Origin: an uncultured Oscillospiraceae bacterium
GTDB taxonomy: Bacteria; Bacillota; Clostridia; Oscillospirales; Oscillospiraceae
Length of the DNA: 64,000 nt
Direction of reading: 5' to 3'
Assembly: GCA_910585735.1 (NCBI GenBank)
Contig: CAJUEU010000003.1
Span: forward strand, 22,613-86,612
Positions 52,131 through 61,638 of the stretch are shown here, piece by piece. Made by a program: the position numbers and the translations under genes. The notes below the pieces were generated by a model. That model was given only the letters and a program-made list of their open reading frames with translations, was not told the DNA's origin and ran no database searches. The number at the start of each line of letters is the position of its first letter. Position 1 is the stretch's first letter.

Positions 52131-52264
52131 AGAAAAGGACTCCTTTCGGACAACGAAGTTTTTTCTGTCTCCGATTATAAACCATAATTTTTGATTTGTC
52201 ACGGGAAAAAAGAGAAAACAAAGGAAATCGTAAGAAATTCGTAAGACTTGGCCCCTTGTATTTT

Positions 52265-52273
52265 GGGGGGGGG
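52265..52273. repeat. G9 homopolymer tract in the divergent HD/ABC promoter region
   Basis: Read directly: TTTTGGGGGGGGGCCTG. Confidence 0.9.
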
Positions 52274-52337
52274 CCTGTTATCCTTACAGTACAAAACCAT
52301 GAAGGGCCTTTGAGCCCGAGGAAAGGAGGGGACGCCC

Positions 52338-53240
52338 ATGATCCAGGTGGAACAGGTCACCAAGACATTTGACGGCTTTAAGGCCCTGGACCAGCTCACC
52401 ATGACGGTGCCCACAGGGGCGGTCTATGGACTGGTGGGACCCAACGGGGCGGGAAAGTCCACGATTTTGCGTCATATTACGGGAGTCTATCTTCAGGACA
52501 GCGGGATCATCCTGCTGGACGGGGAGCGGATCTACGAGAATCCGGCGGCAAAGGGGAAGATCTTTCCCATCCCCGACGAGCTTTACTATTTCGGCTCGGC
52601 CTCCACAAGGGACATGGCCCGGTTTTACAAGGGGTTCTATCCTCGGTTTGATGAGAAACGGTATGAGGCGCTGCGGGAGGTTTTTCGTACAGTGGACGAA
52701 CGCCAGCCTATCCGGCGGCTGAGTAAGGGCATGCAGAAGCAGTCGGCGTTCTGGCTGGCCATGAGCTGCCGGCCGGAGGTGCTGGTGCTGGATGAGCCGG
52801 TGGACGGTCTGGACCCGGTGATGCGGCGGCAGGTGTGGAATCTGCTGCTCTCCGACGTGAAGCAGGAGAACGCCACCGTTTTGGTCTCCTCCCACAATCT
52901 GAAGGAGCTGGAGGACGTGTGTGACCACGTGGGCATTCTGTCCAGAGGCCGGGTCTTGGTGGAGCGGAGCCTTTCCGACCTTCAGGAGAACGTGGTGAAG
53001 ATGCAGGTGGTCTTCCAGGAGCGGGAGATGCCTAAGCTCCCCGAGGACATGGAGGTGCTGAACGTCAGCCAGGTGGGGAGGATCACTACCCTTATCGTCC
53101 GGGGCAGGGCCCACGAGATCACCAACCGGCTCTCGGTCTATTGTCCCATTCTGCTGGAGGCCCTGCCTCTTACGTTGGAGGAGATCTTTATCTACGAACT
53201 GGGAGGTGAGGACTATGAGGTCCGGGATGTCATCCTTTGA
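52338..53240 (+). CDS. ABC transporter ATP-binding protein
   Basis: Walker A GPNGAGKST, signature LSKGMQKQ, Walker B VLVLDEP. Confidence 0.92.
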   Translation: MIQVEQVTKTFDGFKALDQLTMTVPTGAVYGLVGPNGAGKSTILRHITGVYLQDSGIILLDGERIYENPAAKGKIFPIPDELYYFGSASTRDMARFYKGFYPRFDEKRYEALREVFRTVDERQPIRRLSKGMQKQSAFWLAMSCRPEVLVLDEPVDGLDPVMRRQVWNLLLSDVKQENATVLVSSHNLKELEDVCDHVGILSRGRVLVERSLSDLQENVVKMQVVFQEREMPKLPEDMEVLNVSQVGRITTLIVRGRAHEITNRLSVYCPILLEALPLTLEEIFIYELGGEDYEVRDVIL

Positions 53241-55200
53241 GCAAAAGGGCTGGTTCAACCGCACTCTGCTCAAAAAGAACCTGACCCGGTTCTGGCCCCT
53301 GTGGGCCCTTTACACCGCGGCCCTCTTTTTCAGCCTGGGAATGCCCCTCATCAACCTGGAGAGCGTGATGCACCGGGCGGAGGGGGCCACAGTTTCCGTA
53401 GGCAGCGGGCTGTGGAACACCATGGGGGAGGTCCTGGAGGCTATGAACCGGGAGTACATGGTGGAGCAATACCAGGAAATGGTCCGGGACGCTATGGGGG
53501 CGGTAGTGCTCATGGGTGCGGTGTACGGCTGCTTCCTGGCCATGGCCTTTTTTTCCTACCTGATGAACCGCCGGAGCGTGGGGATGCTCCACGCCCTGCC
53601 CATCAAGCGGGAGGGGCTTTTCCTCACCAACTGGGTCTCCGGGCTTTTCTTTGTGGCCGGGCCCAGTCTGGTGGTGTTTCTCATCGCCCTGCTGGCCGAG
53701 GCAGGCAAGGGGGCCGTTGGCCTGGAGGACCTGCTGCTGTGGCTGCTGGTCAGCGTGAGCACCGGGCTGTTCTTCTTTGACTTTGCCCTTTGCTGTGCCA
53801 TGTTTACCGGGCATATTCTGGCCCTTCCTGTCTTTTACCTCATTCTCAACGGCCTGGTGGCCGGAATGTATTTCCTCTTTGGAATGGCTATGCAGATTCT
53901 TTTTGTCGGATACGCAGGCGGGCGGCTCTCCTTTGTTTCCCAGTATCTGGTGGAGTGGCTTACCCCGATCGCCCACATTGCCGGACAGGTCACCGAGTGG
54001 AACACGGTGGAGCTTCCCGACGGAAGCATGAGAGACAGCCTGATGAGCGGGGCACTGGCGGGCTCGGCCTACGCCATTTTGGCGGGCGCCGCCCTTCTCC
54101 TCATTGCTTTCTGGGTCTACCGCGCCCGGCAAATGGAGCGGGCCGAGGACCTGGTGACTGTGGGCTGGGTGAAGCCCATCTTTCGCTACGGTGTGGGGGT
54201 GTGTACCGGCTTTGCCCTGGGGACCATGCTTCACCTGTATTTTGTGCGCGGCGGCGTAGTGGGCTATATTATTCTGGTGACCCTCTGCGCCGTGATCGGT
54301 GGCTTTGCGGGGCAGATGTTCCTCCGCAAGACCCTTCGGGTGCTTCGCTCGGGGTGGAAGGGCAGCCTGGCCCTGGGTATGTGTATGCTCCTGCTTTTGT
54401 GCGGTATCCGCATGGATGTGGGAGGCTTTCAGTCCCGGGTGCCTGACCCCGAGAAGGTAAAGCAGGTCTATCTGAGCAATGTCCACAGCCAGCCCTCGGA
54501 TGGGGCCGGCTGGCTGTCGGTGACCCTTCGGGACCCGGAATTGATCGCCCAGGCGGTCGGGATCCACCAAAGCCTGATCCAGGATCTGGACAAGCTGGAG
54601 CGGGCTGACCGGGGGGACTGGGACTACAGCGATGACGACAGCGTCGTGTCCCTGCGGCTGAGCTATATCATGAAGGATGGAAGCGAGCTGGAGCGGAGCT
54701 ATGACGTCATCCCCATCAGCCGGTCCGACCTGGAGGACCCCGATTCCTTTGCAGCCCGGCTGCTGGCCCTGCTGGAGGAGCCGGAGGTCCTGTGGAGCGG
54801 CTATCTCTCCGGGGATTGGGCGGAGGCGCCCGAAACCCTCACCGCTATGGGGGGCTGTATCCGGGACTACAGGACCTACGACGTGGCAAGAGACCTGGAG
54901 TATGAGGAGGCCCAGATCCTGTGGGCGGCCATTCAGGAGGACATCAACGCCGGGCGGTATCACCGATATTTGTTTTACGTGGAGGCGGGACCTTCCACCA
55001 TGGACCGGCGGATCGAACTGGATCTCTATGGCATTCGGACCGACGAGGAGACTGGAGAGCGGATCCGCGAGCAGCAGGACATTCAGGTCATGCTCCAGCC
55101 CACCGCTACCGCCACCATAAGGGCCCTGGAGGAGCTGGGCTACACCTGGCTGCCAGAGGGGACGGAGGGGCAGGCTGCGGAGAGCTATGGGAAAGGCTGA
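53215..55200 (+). CDS. ABC-2-type permease-like polytopic membrane protein with a large C-terminal soluble domain
   Basis: Overlaps the ATPase gene end (coupled). About 10 hydrophobic segments in the first 400 aa or so, then an acidic domain of about 250 aa. ATG 53215 sits 8 nt after GGGAGG. Confidence 0.7.
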   Translation: MRSGMSSFEQKGWFNRTLLKKNLTRFWPLWALYTAALFFSLGMPLINLESVMHRAEGATVSVGSGLWNTMGEVLEAMNREYMVEQYQEMVRDAMGAVVLMGAVYGCFLAMAFFSYLMNRRSVGMLHALPIKREGLFLTNWVSGLFFVAGPSLVVFLIALLAEAGKGAVGLEDLLLWLLVSVSTGLFFFDFALCCAMFTGHILALPVFYLILNGLVAGMYFLFGMAMQILFVGYAGGRLSFVSQYLVEWLTPIAHIAGQVTEWNTVELPDGSMRDSLMSGALAGSAYAILAGAALLLIAFWVYRARQMERAEDLVTVGWVKPIFRYGVGVCTGFALGTMLHLYFVRGGVVGYIILVTLCAVIGGFAGQMFLRKTLRVLRSGWKGSLALGMCMLLLLCGIRMDVGGFQSRVPDPEKVKQVYLSNVHSQPSDGAGWLSVTLRDPELIAQAVGIHQSLIQDLDKLERADRGDWDYSDDDSVVSLRLSYIMKDGSELERSYDVIPISRSDLEDPDSFAARLLALLEEPEVLWSGYLSGDWAEAPETLTAMGGCIRDYRTYDVARDLEYEEAQILWAAIQEDINAGRYHRYLFYVEAGPSTMDRRIELDLYGIRTDEETGERIREQQDIQVMLQPTATATIRALEELGYTWLPEGTEGQAAESYGKG

Positions 55201-55328
55201 GGAACAAAAGTGGGGAAGGGGAGAGCCAATGGCCTCCCCTTCCTCTCCTTTTCCGCCTGTCCAATTTACCCTTGTTTTGACAGGGAAAACGTGGTAGAAT
55301 GACCATACTTGACAAAAGGAGGACGACC

Positions 55329-56492
55329 ATGAAAAAGAGGAAGATCGCGGCGCTGGTCCTGGCTCTGGCTTTGCTCACCGCCTGTGGCGGAGAACAGGGA
55401 GGCAAGGGGGATCCGGCGCAGAAGGACGACTTGAGCTATCAGACCACCGGGCTTACAAGGGACCAGGCGGTGGTGCTGGTGAATGGGGACCCGATCACCG
55501 CGGAGGAGTACTTGTTCTGGCTTTCCAACTCGGTGATGATGCAGGAATATTATATGGGCCTTCCGCAGGATGAAGAGGGCTGGGCCGAGGTGGGCGCGGG
55601 CATTAAGGCCGATGCCCTGGAGGCTGCCAAGCTCTACCGCATTATTGAATCCAAGGCGGCTGAATATGGAGCGGAGCTCACCGAAGAGATGGAGACCACC
55701 ATGGCCGCCGAGCTGACCCAGGCCATTGAGAGCCAGGGCGGAGAGGAGAACTTTTCGGCCTATCTGGACGCTATGTGCGTCAGCCGCAAAGGCTTTGAGG
55801 AGATCAACAAGGTCTACTATTACAATCAGGCCTTGATGGCCAAGCTTACCGAGCTGGGGGAGCTGACCCCCACCCAGGCTGACCTGGACGCCTTTGTGGA
55901 GGAGTTTTTGGAGGCCGGGGGCTACTATGGCGCCAAGCACATTCTCATTGCCACCCGCAGGCAGCTGGAGGACGGGAGCTATGAGGAATATTCCGATGAG
56001 GAAAAGCAGAAGGCCTATGAGCTGGCCCTTAATTTGCGGGAGCGGCTTCTGGAGGAGAACGACTCGGAGGAGGTCTTTGACGAGCTGATGAATGAATTCA
56101 GCGAGGACGGCCGGAATCCAGAGACCGGGGCCTTGTACGCGCCCCAGGGCTATACCCTGGTGGCTTCCGGCCAGATGGTCCCTGAGTTTGAGGAGGGGGC
56201 CCTGGCACTGAAAGAGGGACAGGTGGGAGACATCGTCCCCACCGACTACGGCTATCACATCATCATGCGCATCCCGGTGGATGACGCCCCGGTGCGGGAG
56301 AGCGCCGCCGAGCAGGTAAACGAGAGCTACATGATGAACAAGCTGACCCAGAAGTGGCTGGACGAGGCGGAGGTCACGGCGGAGCCGGCGTACGAGACCA
56401 TCGATGTGAAGGATTTTTATGAGAAGCTCACAGCCCTCAACGAGGCGCTACACCCGGCCCAGACCCCCAAGCCCACAGAGAGCGGGAGCTGA
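55329..56492 (+). CDS. PrsA/SurA-like peptidyl-prolyl isomerase lipoprotein
   Basis: Lipobox LALALLTACGG. Parvulin motif in GYTLVASGQMVPEFEEGALALKEGQVGDIVPTDYGYHII. Confidence 0.85.
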   Translation: MKKRKIAALVLALALLTACGGEQGGKGDPAQKDDLSYQTTGLTRDQAVVLVNGDPITAEEYLFWLSNSVMMQEYYMGLPQDEEGWAEVGAGIKADALEAAKLYRIIESKAAEYGAELTEEMETTMAAELTQAIESQGGEENFSAYLDAMCVSRKGFEEINKVYYYNQALMAKLTELGELTPTQADLDAFVEEFLEAGGYYGAKHILIATRRQLEDGSYEEYSDEEKQKAYELALNLRERLLEENDSEEVFDELMNEFSEDGRNPETGALYAPQGYTLVASGQMVPEFEEGALALKEGQVGDIVPTDYGYHIIMRIPVDDAPVRESAAEQVNESYMMNKLTQKWLDEAEVTAEPAYETIDVKDFYEKLTALNEALHPAQTPKPTESGS

Positions 56493-56625
56493 GCGGCTCT
56501 CCCTCCTGTGAGATACATGATTTTTCCCGGGGGCCAATTCTTTTTACAAGGATGGCTCCCGGGAAAATAATGCCCGGGCCAGGAGGCCGAAACAAGAGAG
56601 ACAGATTTGTTTTCTGGAGGTTTCC

Positions 56626-59600
56626 ATGAAACTGCTGCTTGACTTCCTCAACCAAATACCGGAATTTGAACAACTGGCGGCGGCTCTGGATTCAGGGCGG
56701 TCGCCGGTCGCTGTTTCCGGCCTGTCCCCGGTCCACCGGGCTTATTTTGCCGCCGGACTTCGGGAACGGACCGGCCGCCCGGTGGTGCTGCTCTGCGCCG
56801 ACGAGGCCGAGGGAGAAAAGCTCCAGGCCGATCTGCGCTCTCTTACCGGGGAGGAGGTCTTTCTGCTGCCTGCCCGGGAGTTTACCTTCCACAACGCTGC
56901 CGTGGCCTCCCGGGAGTGGGAGCATAAACGGCTGCGGGTACTCTGGGCGCTTCGGAAGGGAAAGGTCCCCTTTCTGGTGGCCCCCGCCGAGGCCCTGCTT
57001 CAGCGCACCATTCCTGCGGAAGGGCTGGATCAGCTCAGCTTTATCCTCCGGGAGGGGGAACGGTATGATCTGAACCAGCTCACTGAACAGCTTGCCGCCG
57101 CCGGTTATACCCGTTGTGACCAGGTGGAAGGCGTGGGACAGTTTGCCCTTCGGGGCGGTATTTTGGATGTATTTTCCCCTGCCGGGGCCCTGCCCCTGCG
57201 CTTGGAGTTTTTTGACGACGAAGTAGACTCCATGGGGCTCTTCGAGCCGGGAAGCCAACGGCGGACCGAGAGGGTCGCCCAGGGGGTGATCCTTCCCGCT
57301 GCCGAGGTGCTGCCCCAGGCAGCCCCCGGCGGCGTGTCCGGGCTGGCTAAGGCTCTGGACCAGCGGCTGGCCGCCGCAGTGAAGAAGGGGGCTCCCGACC
57401 AATTGCTGGTCACCCTCCATCAAGACAAGGAGCTGTTGGAAAACGGCTTGTCCTTTCCGGCGGTGGATCGGTATCTGGGGCTTATCTATCCCAAGATGGC
57501 TTCCGCTTTGGACTATCTGCCTCCTGACGCCGCCGTGCTCCTCAGTGAGTCTCCCCGCTTTCTGGAGCGGTGCAAGAATTACCTCTGGCAGGTGGGGGAG
57601 GATGTGACCGCCCTCAGCGAGAGCGGAGTGATGCTCCCTGAGCTGGGGCGGCTGTGCCTGACGCCCGAGGAGCTTGCCGCCGGGCTGGAAAACTGGCCGG
57701 TGGCCTATCTGGATGCCTTTACCTCCTCCCAGTATCCTCAGAAGCCCAAGGCTCTGCTCACCGTCACCGCCAAGCTGCTGCCCTCCTTTGGCGTCAGCCT
57801 GGAAACCGCGGTGAGCGACCTGTCCCACTATATTTCCGCCGGATTTTCCGTGGTGGTGCTCTCCGGCACCGAGCAGCGGTGTCTCAACCTCCAAGCCCTC
57901 CTGCGGGAGCAGAAGGTACGCACCGCCGTGGATTTTCAGCTTCGCGCCCTGCCCAAGCCGGGGCAGGCGGTGCTCTGTTGCGGAGGATTGTCCGCCGGCA
58001 TGGAGTTTCCCGGGGCCAAGGTGGCCGTTCTCACGGAGGGACAGGCTGCCCCGGTAAAAAAGCGGCGGGCCAAGGGGCCCACTAACCGGGAGAAGCTGAA
58101 GTCCTACGCCGACCTGACACCCGGGGATCTGGTGGTCCATCAGGTTTACGGCATTGGCCGCTACCAGGGCATGGTGAAGATGCCGGTGGACGGGATAGAG
58201 AAGGACTATGTGAAGATCGCTTACGCCGGGGCCGACGTCCTGTATGTGCCCGCTACCCAGCTGGATCAGGTGAGCAAGTACATCGGGGGCGGCGAGGACG
58301 CGAACGAGACCAAAAAGCTCTCTAAGTTAGGGGGCGGGGACTGGGAGCGGCAGAAGTCCCGGGCCAAAAAGGCGGTCCAGGACCTGGCTAAGGGGCTCAT
58401 TCAGCTCTACGCCCAGCGGCAGCGGCAGCCCGGCTTTGCCTTCTCCCCCGACTCTCCCTGGCAGAAGGAGTTTGAGGAGGAGTTTGAGTACACCGAGACC
58501 GAGGACCAGCTGCGCTGCATTGCTGAGATCAAGCGGGATATGGAGGCAAACAAGCCCATGGACCGCCTGCTCTGCGGGGATGTGGGCTACGGCAAGACCG
58601 AGGTGGCCTTCCGGGCCATTATGAAATGTGTGCTGGACGGCAAGCAGGCCGCCATTTTGGCGCCCACCACCGTTCTGGCCCGGCAGCATTACCTTACCGC
58701 CAAGCAGCGGTTTGCCAAGTATCCTGTGGAGGTGGCCGTGATCTCCCGGTTCCGCACGGGAGCCCAGATGAAAGAGACCCTTCGGAAGCTGGAGGAGGGG
58801 AGCGTAGACCTGCTTATCGGCACCCACCGGCTTCTCCAGAAGGACGTGACCTTCAAAAATTTAGGGCTCCTGGTGGTGGACGAGGAGCAGCGGTTTGGGG
58901 TCACCCACAAGGAGAAGCTGAAGGAGCTGACCCGGCAGGTGGATGTGCTCACCCTTTCGGCCACCCCCATCCCCCGGACCCTCAACATGGCCCTTTCCGG
59001 CATTCGGGATATGTCCACCTTAGAGGAGCCGCCCATGGACCGCCAGCCGGTGCAGACCTATGTGATGGAGCATGACTGGTCGGTGCTCTCCGACGCCATG
59101 CGCCGGGAGATCGAGCGGGGCGGCCAGGTCTATTATCTCCACAACCGGGTGGAGACCATTGCCCGCACCGCCGCCCGCATCCGGGAGATGCTGGGAGAGG
59201 ATATAGAGGTGGCGATCGCCCACGGCAAGATGACCCAGGACGAGCTGGGGGAAGTGATGGACCGGGTGAGCCAGGGGGAGGTCCAGGTGCTGGTGTGTAC
59301 CACCATCATTGAGACCGGCATTGACATCGCCAACGTGAACACCCTCATCATTGAGGACGCCGATAAAATGGGCCTTGCCCAGCTCCACCAGATCCGGGGC
59401 AGGGTGGGGAGGTCCTCCCGGCGGGCCTTCGCCTACCTGACCTACCGCCGGGGCAAGGTGCTTTCCGAGGTGGCCTCCAAGCGGCTTTCCGCCATCCGGG
59501 AGTTTGCCGAATTTGGCTCGGGCTTCAAGATTGCCATGCGGGACCTGGAGATCCGGGGGGCGGGAAATGTGCTGGGGCCTGAGCAGTCCGGCTTCCTGGT

Positions 59601-60126
59601 GAGCGTGGGCTATGATATGTATCTGAAGCTGTTGGAGGAGGCGGTCCTTACCGAGCGGGGGGAGGTGGCCCAGTTGCCCGGGGAGTGCTCGGCCGACCTG
59701 ACGGTGGCGGCCTCCATCCCCGACCGATATGTGCCCTCGGCCGAGCAGCGGATGGACCTCTACCGAAAGATCGCCATGATCCGCACCGAGGCCGACGCCG
59801 ACGACGTTACCGATGAGCTCATCGACCGCTACGGAGACCCGCCCCGGCAGGTGAACAACCTCATCGCCGTGGCCCTCATGCGGTCCCGGGCCGCTGAGTG
59901 CGGCATCACCCAGATCGAGCAGAAGGGAAGTAACCTGGTATTTTCCCTCAAGAGCTTTGAGCTCCAAAGCGTTTCCTCCCTCTGCGCCTCCGAGCGGTGG
60001 AAGGGCAGGGTGCTCTTCTCTGCTGGGGAGAAGGCGGCCCTCACCCTGCGGCTCAAGAAGGGGGAGGATCCACTGAAGCTGTCCCGGGCTCTGGTGGAGG
60101 AGTATGCGAAACTGACGGACAACTAA
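56626..60126 (+). CDS. mfd: transcription-repair coupling factor
   Basis: 1166 aa. CarD/RID region (LVVHQVYGIGRYQG), helicase motifs (GDVGYGKTEVA, DEEQRFG), TRG motif and C-terminal D7. Confidence 0.97.
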   Translation: MKLLLDFLNQIPEFEQLAAALDSGRSPVAVSGLSPVHRAYFAAGLRERTGRPVVLLCADEAEGEKLQADLRSLTGEEVFLLPAREFTFHNAAVASREWEHKRLRVLWALRKGKVPFLVAPAEALLQRTIPAEGLDQLSFILREGERYDLNQLTEQLAAAGYTRCDQVEGVGQFALRGGILDVFSPAGALPLRLEFFDDEVDSMGLFEPGSQRRTERVAQGVILPAAEVLPQAAPGGVSGLAKALDQRLAAAVKKGAPDQLLVTLHQDKELLENGLSFPAVDRYLGLIYPKMASALDYLPPDAAVLLSESPRFLERCKNYLWQVGEDVTALSESGVMLPELGRLCLTPEELAAGLENWPVAYLDAFTSSQYPQKPKALLTVTAKLLPSFGVSLETAVSDLSHYISAGFSVVVLSGTEQRCLNLQALLREQKVRTAVDFQLRALPKPGQAVLCCGGLSAGMEFPGAKVAVLTEGQAAPVKKRRAKGPTNREKLKSYADLTPGDLVVHQVYGIGRYQGMVKMPVDGIEKDYVKIAYAGADVLYVPATQLDQVSKYIGGGEDANETKKLSKLGGGDWERQKSRAKKAVQDLAKGLIQLYAQRQRQPGFAFSPDSPWQKEFEEEFEYTETEDQLRCIAEIKRDMEANKPMDRLLCGDVGYGKTEVAFRAIMKCVLDGKQAAILAPTTVLARQHYLTAKQRFAKYPVEVAVISRFRTGAQMKETLRKLEEGSVDLLIGTHRLLQKDVTFKNLGLLVVDEEQRFGVTHKEKLKELTRQVDVLTLSATPIPRTLNMALSGIRDMSTLEEPPMDRQPVQTYVMEHDWSVLSDAMRREIERGGQVYYLHNRVETIARTAARIREMLGEDIEVAIAHGKMTQDELGEVMDRVSQGEVQVLVCTTIIETGIDIANVNTLIIEDADKMGLAQLHQIRGRVGRSSRRAFAYLTYRRGKVLSEVASKRLSAIREFAEFGSGFKIAMRDLEIRGAGNVLGPEQSGFLVSVGYDMYLKLLEEAVLTERGEVAQLPGECSADLTVAASIPDRYVPSAEQRMDLYRKIAMIRTEADADDVTDELIDRYGDPPRQVNNLIAVALMRSRAAECGITQIEQKGSNLVFSLKSFELQSVSSLCASERWKGRVLFSAGEKAALTLRLKKGEDPLKLSRALVEEYAKLTDN

Positions 60127-60211
60127 AAAGCAAGACAGGAGGACGGTTCTTCTGCCCTGAGGAAGCGGATAGCAAGAACCGTCCCCGCTGTCTTGCCAGC
60201 GGAGGGAGACT

Positions 60212-60673
60212 ATGGACCACGAATTTTACATGGCCCGGGCCCTGGAGCTGGCCCGGGAGGCTCTGGAGAATGGGGACGTGCCCGTTGGGTGTGTTATTGT
60301 GGATGAGCAGGGCGTTATCCTCGGGGAGGGCCGCAACCGACGGGAGGAACACCACGATGCCTCGGCTCACGCAGAGGTGGAGGCCATCCGTATGGCCTGC
60401 CGGACCGTGGGCTCTTGGCGGCTCCACAAAACCACGCTCTATGTAACCCTGGAGCCCTGCGCCATGTGCGCCGGAGCTATCCTAAACGCTCGGATCCCCG
60501 AGGTCCGCTACGGGGCCAGGGAGGAGAAGACCGGGGCCTGCGGCTCGGTGCTCAATCTCTTTGAAGAGAATTTCGGCCACAAGCCCCGGCTCTACCGGGG
60601 GCTGCTGGAGGAAGCGTGCGCCGCCCTCCTGGGAGAATTTTTCGCCCAGAGGCGGGAAAATGAAAAGATTTAA
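60212..60673 (+). CDS. tadA: tRNA adenosine(34) deaminase
   Basis: HAEVEAIRMA (HAE) and TLEPCAMCAGAI (PCxxC). Confidence 0.93.
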   Translation: MDHEFYMARALELAREALENGDVPVGCVIVDEQGVILGEGRNRREEHHDASAHAEVEAIRMACRTVGSWRLHKTTLYVTLEPCAMCAGAILNARIPEVRYGAREEKTGACGSVLNLFEENFGHKPRLYRGLLEEACAALLGEFFAQRRENEKI

Positions 60674-60774
60674 TGCTTTTGTAACAACTTAAGGTTTTTC
60701 TCGTAACAACCTTCGGGTATTCTAATACTCGCAAGAGCAAGTGTCTTCTTTTTCATTCTATCCTCTATCCTTTG

Positions 60775-60810
60775 CAAAAAACCAGCGGGTGACCGCTGGT
60801 TTTTTGTTTT
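60775..60810. terminator. bidirectional terminator
   Basis: Stem AAAAAACCAGCGG/CCGCTGGTTTTTT. Confidence 0.8.
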
Positions 60811-60818
60811 CTGAATTT

Positions 60819-61427
60819 TTATTCTTTTGGATGCTTTAAGGCGGACAAAAACAGGTCAAGGGTTTTCTGTGCCTGGACACACACATCAAAGGAGCCCTTG
60901 CGCAAGGACCAGTCAAAAAGAATGCCCCGGGAGGTCTGGAGGATGATCTGGGCGGCCTCCTCCACATTGTGGGAGGGGTGGATCTCACCGGCCTCCGCGG
61001 CGCGGGAGAGGAGTTCTTTCACATACTGCGGGAAAAAACGGTCCTCCACCACCACATAACCGCCGTGGGTATTGAGTTGGGCCTGAAAGATCCGGGCTTC
61101 CAGCGCAGCGCCTACAATGTCGGCGCCGTTGGTCTGCCGGTAGATCACGGCCCGGAGCGCATCCAGCCAACTGTCAAAGGAGCGCTGGGAAAACTCTTCC
61201 TCAAGGTCCTTATCAAAACTTTCAAAGCAGAAAAGAAGAACATCGTCCTTGGAGGAGAAGTAGTGGTAGAAGTTTCCGTTTGAGACCCCTGCCGCGCCGC
61301 AAATATCAGAGATGGTGATATTTTCATATCCCCGCTCCCGGATCAGCTCCATCGCTTTATCCTGAATGCGCCGCCGGGTTGCCAGAGCTTGCTGCTGCCG
61401 TTTGGTCAATGTTTTTTCTTCCGCCAT
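60819..61427 (-). CDS. TetR/AcrR family transcriptional regulator
   Basis: HTH ITISDICGAAGVSNGNFYHYFSSKDDV. ATG 61427 follows GGAGGG. Confidence 0.88.
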   Translation of the reverse strand: MAEEKTLTKRQQQALATRRRIQDKAMELIRERGYENITISDICGAAGVSNGNFYHYFSSKDDVLLFCFESFDKDLEEEFSQRSFDSWLDALRAVIYRQTNGADIVGAALEARIFQAQLNTHGGYVVVEDRFFPQYVKELLSRAAEAGEIHPSHNVEEAAQIILQTSRGILFDWSLRKGSFDVCVQAQKTLDLFLSALKHPKE

Positions 61428-61548
61428 GGTCACCCTCCAGCTACAGCCTCCCGCGAAAGCTGTATTTGTTCTTGTTCTCATCATATCTTATTTTTGCCTT
61501 TTTGTCAAAGTTTCACTGCCTGAGCTTTTTGAAAAGGGAAAATGACGC

Positions 61549-61577
61549 TTGACAGTGGCCAGCCAATGTGTTATTCT
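61549..61577 (+). promoter_or_regulatory. putative promoter of the second flavoprotein gene
   Basis: TTGACA, 17 nt, TATTCT (weak -10). Confidence 0.45.
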
Positions 61578-61587
61578 TTTGTCGTAC

Positions 61588-61615
61588 AGATTCACTGAAT
61601 AGATTCAATGAATCT
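61588..61615. promoter_or_regulatory. two tandem 11-bp palindromes (candidate TetR operator)
   Basis: AGATTCACTGAAT AG ATTCAATGAATCT: ATTCAnTGAAT occurs twice in tandem, just downstream of the putative -10. Confidence 0.55.
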
Positions 61616-61638
61616 ACTTATGAAAAGGAGGAGTCGGA

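Noticed and set aside
60674-60818. SRP RNA (scr/ffs) expected after tadA by Bacillus synteny
   Set aside because: The 145-nt spacer is AT-rich, holds only a bidirectional terminator, and has no SRP-like helices. The next gene is a convergent TetR.
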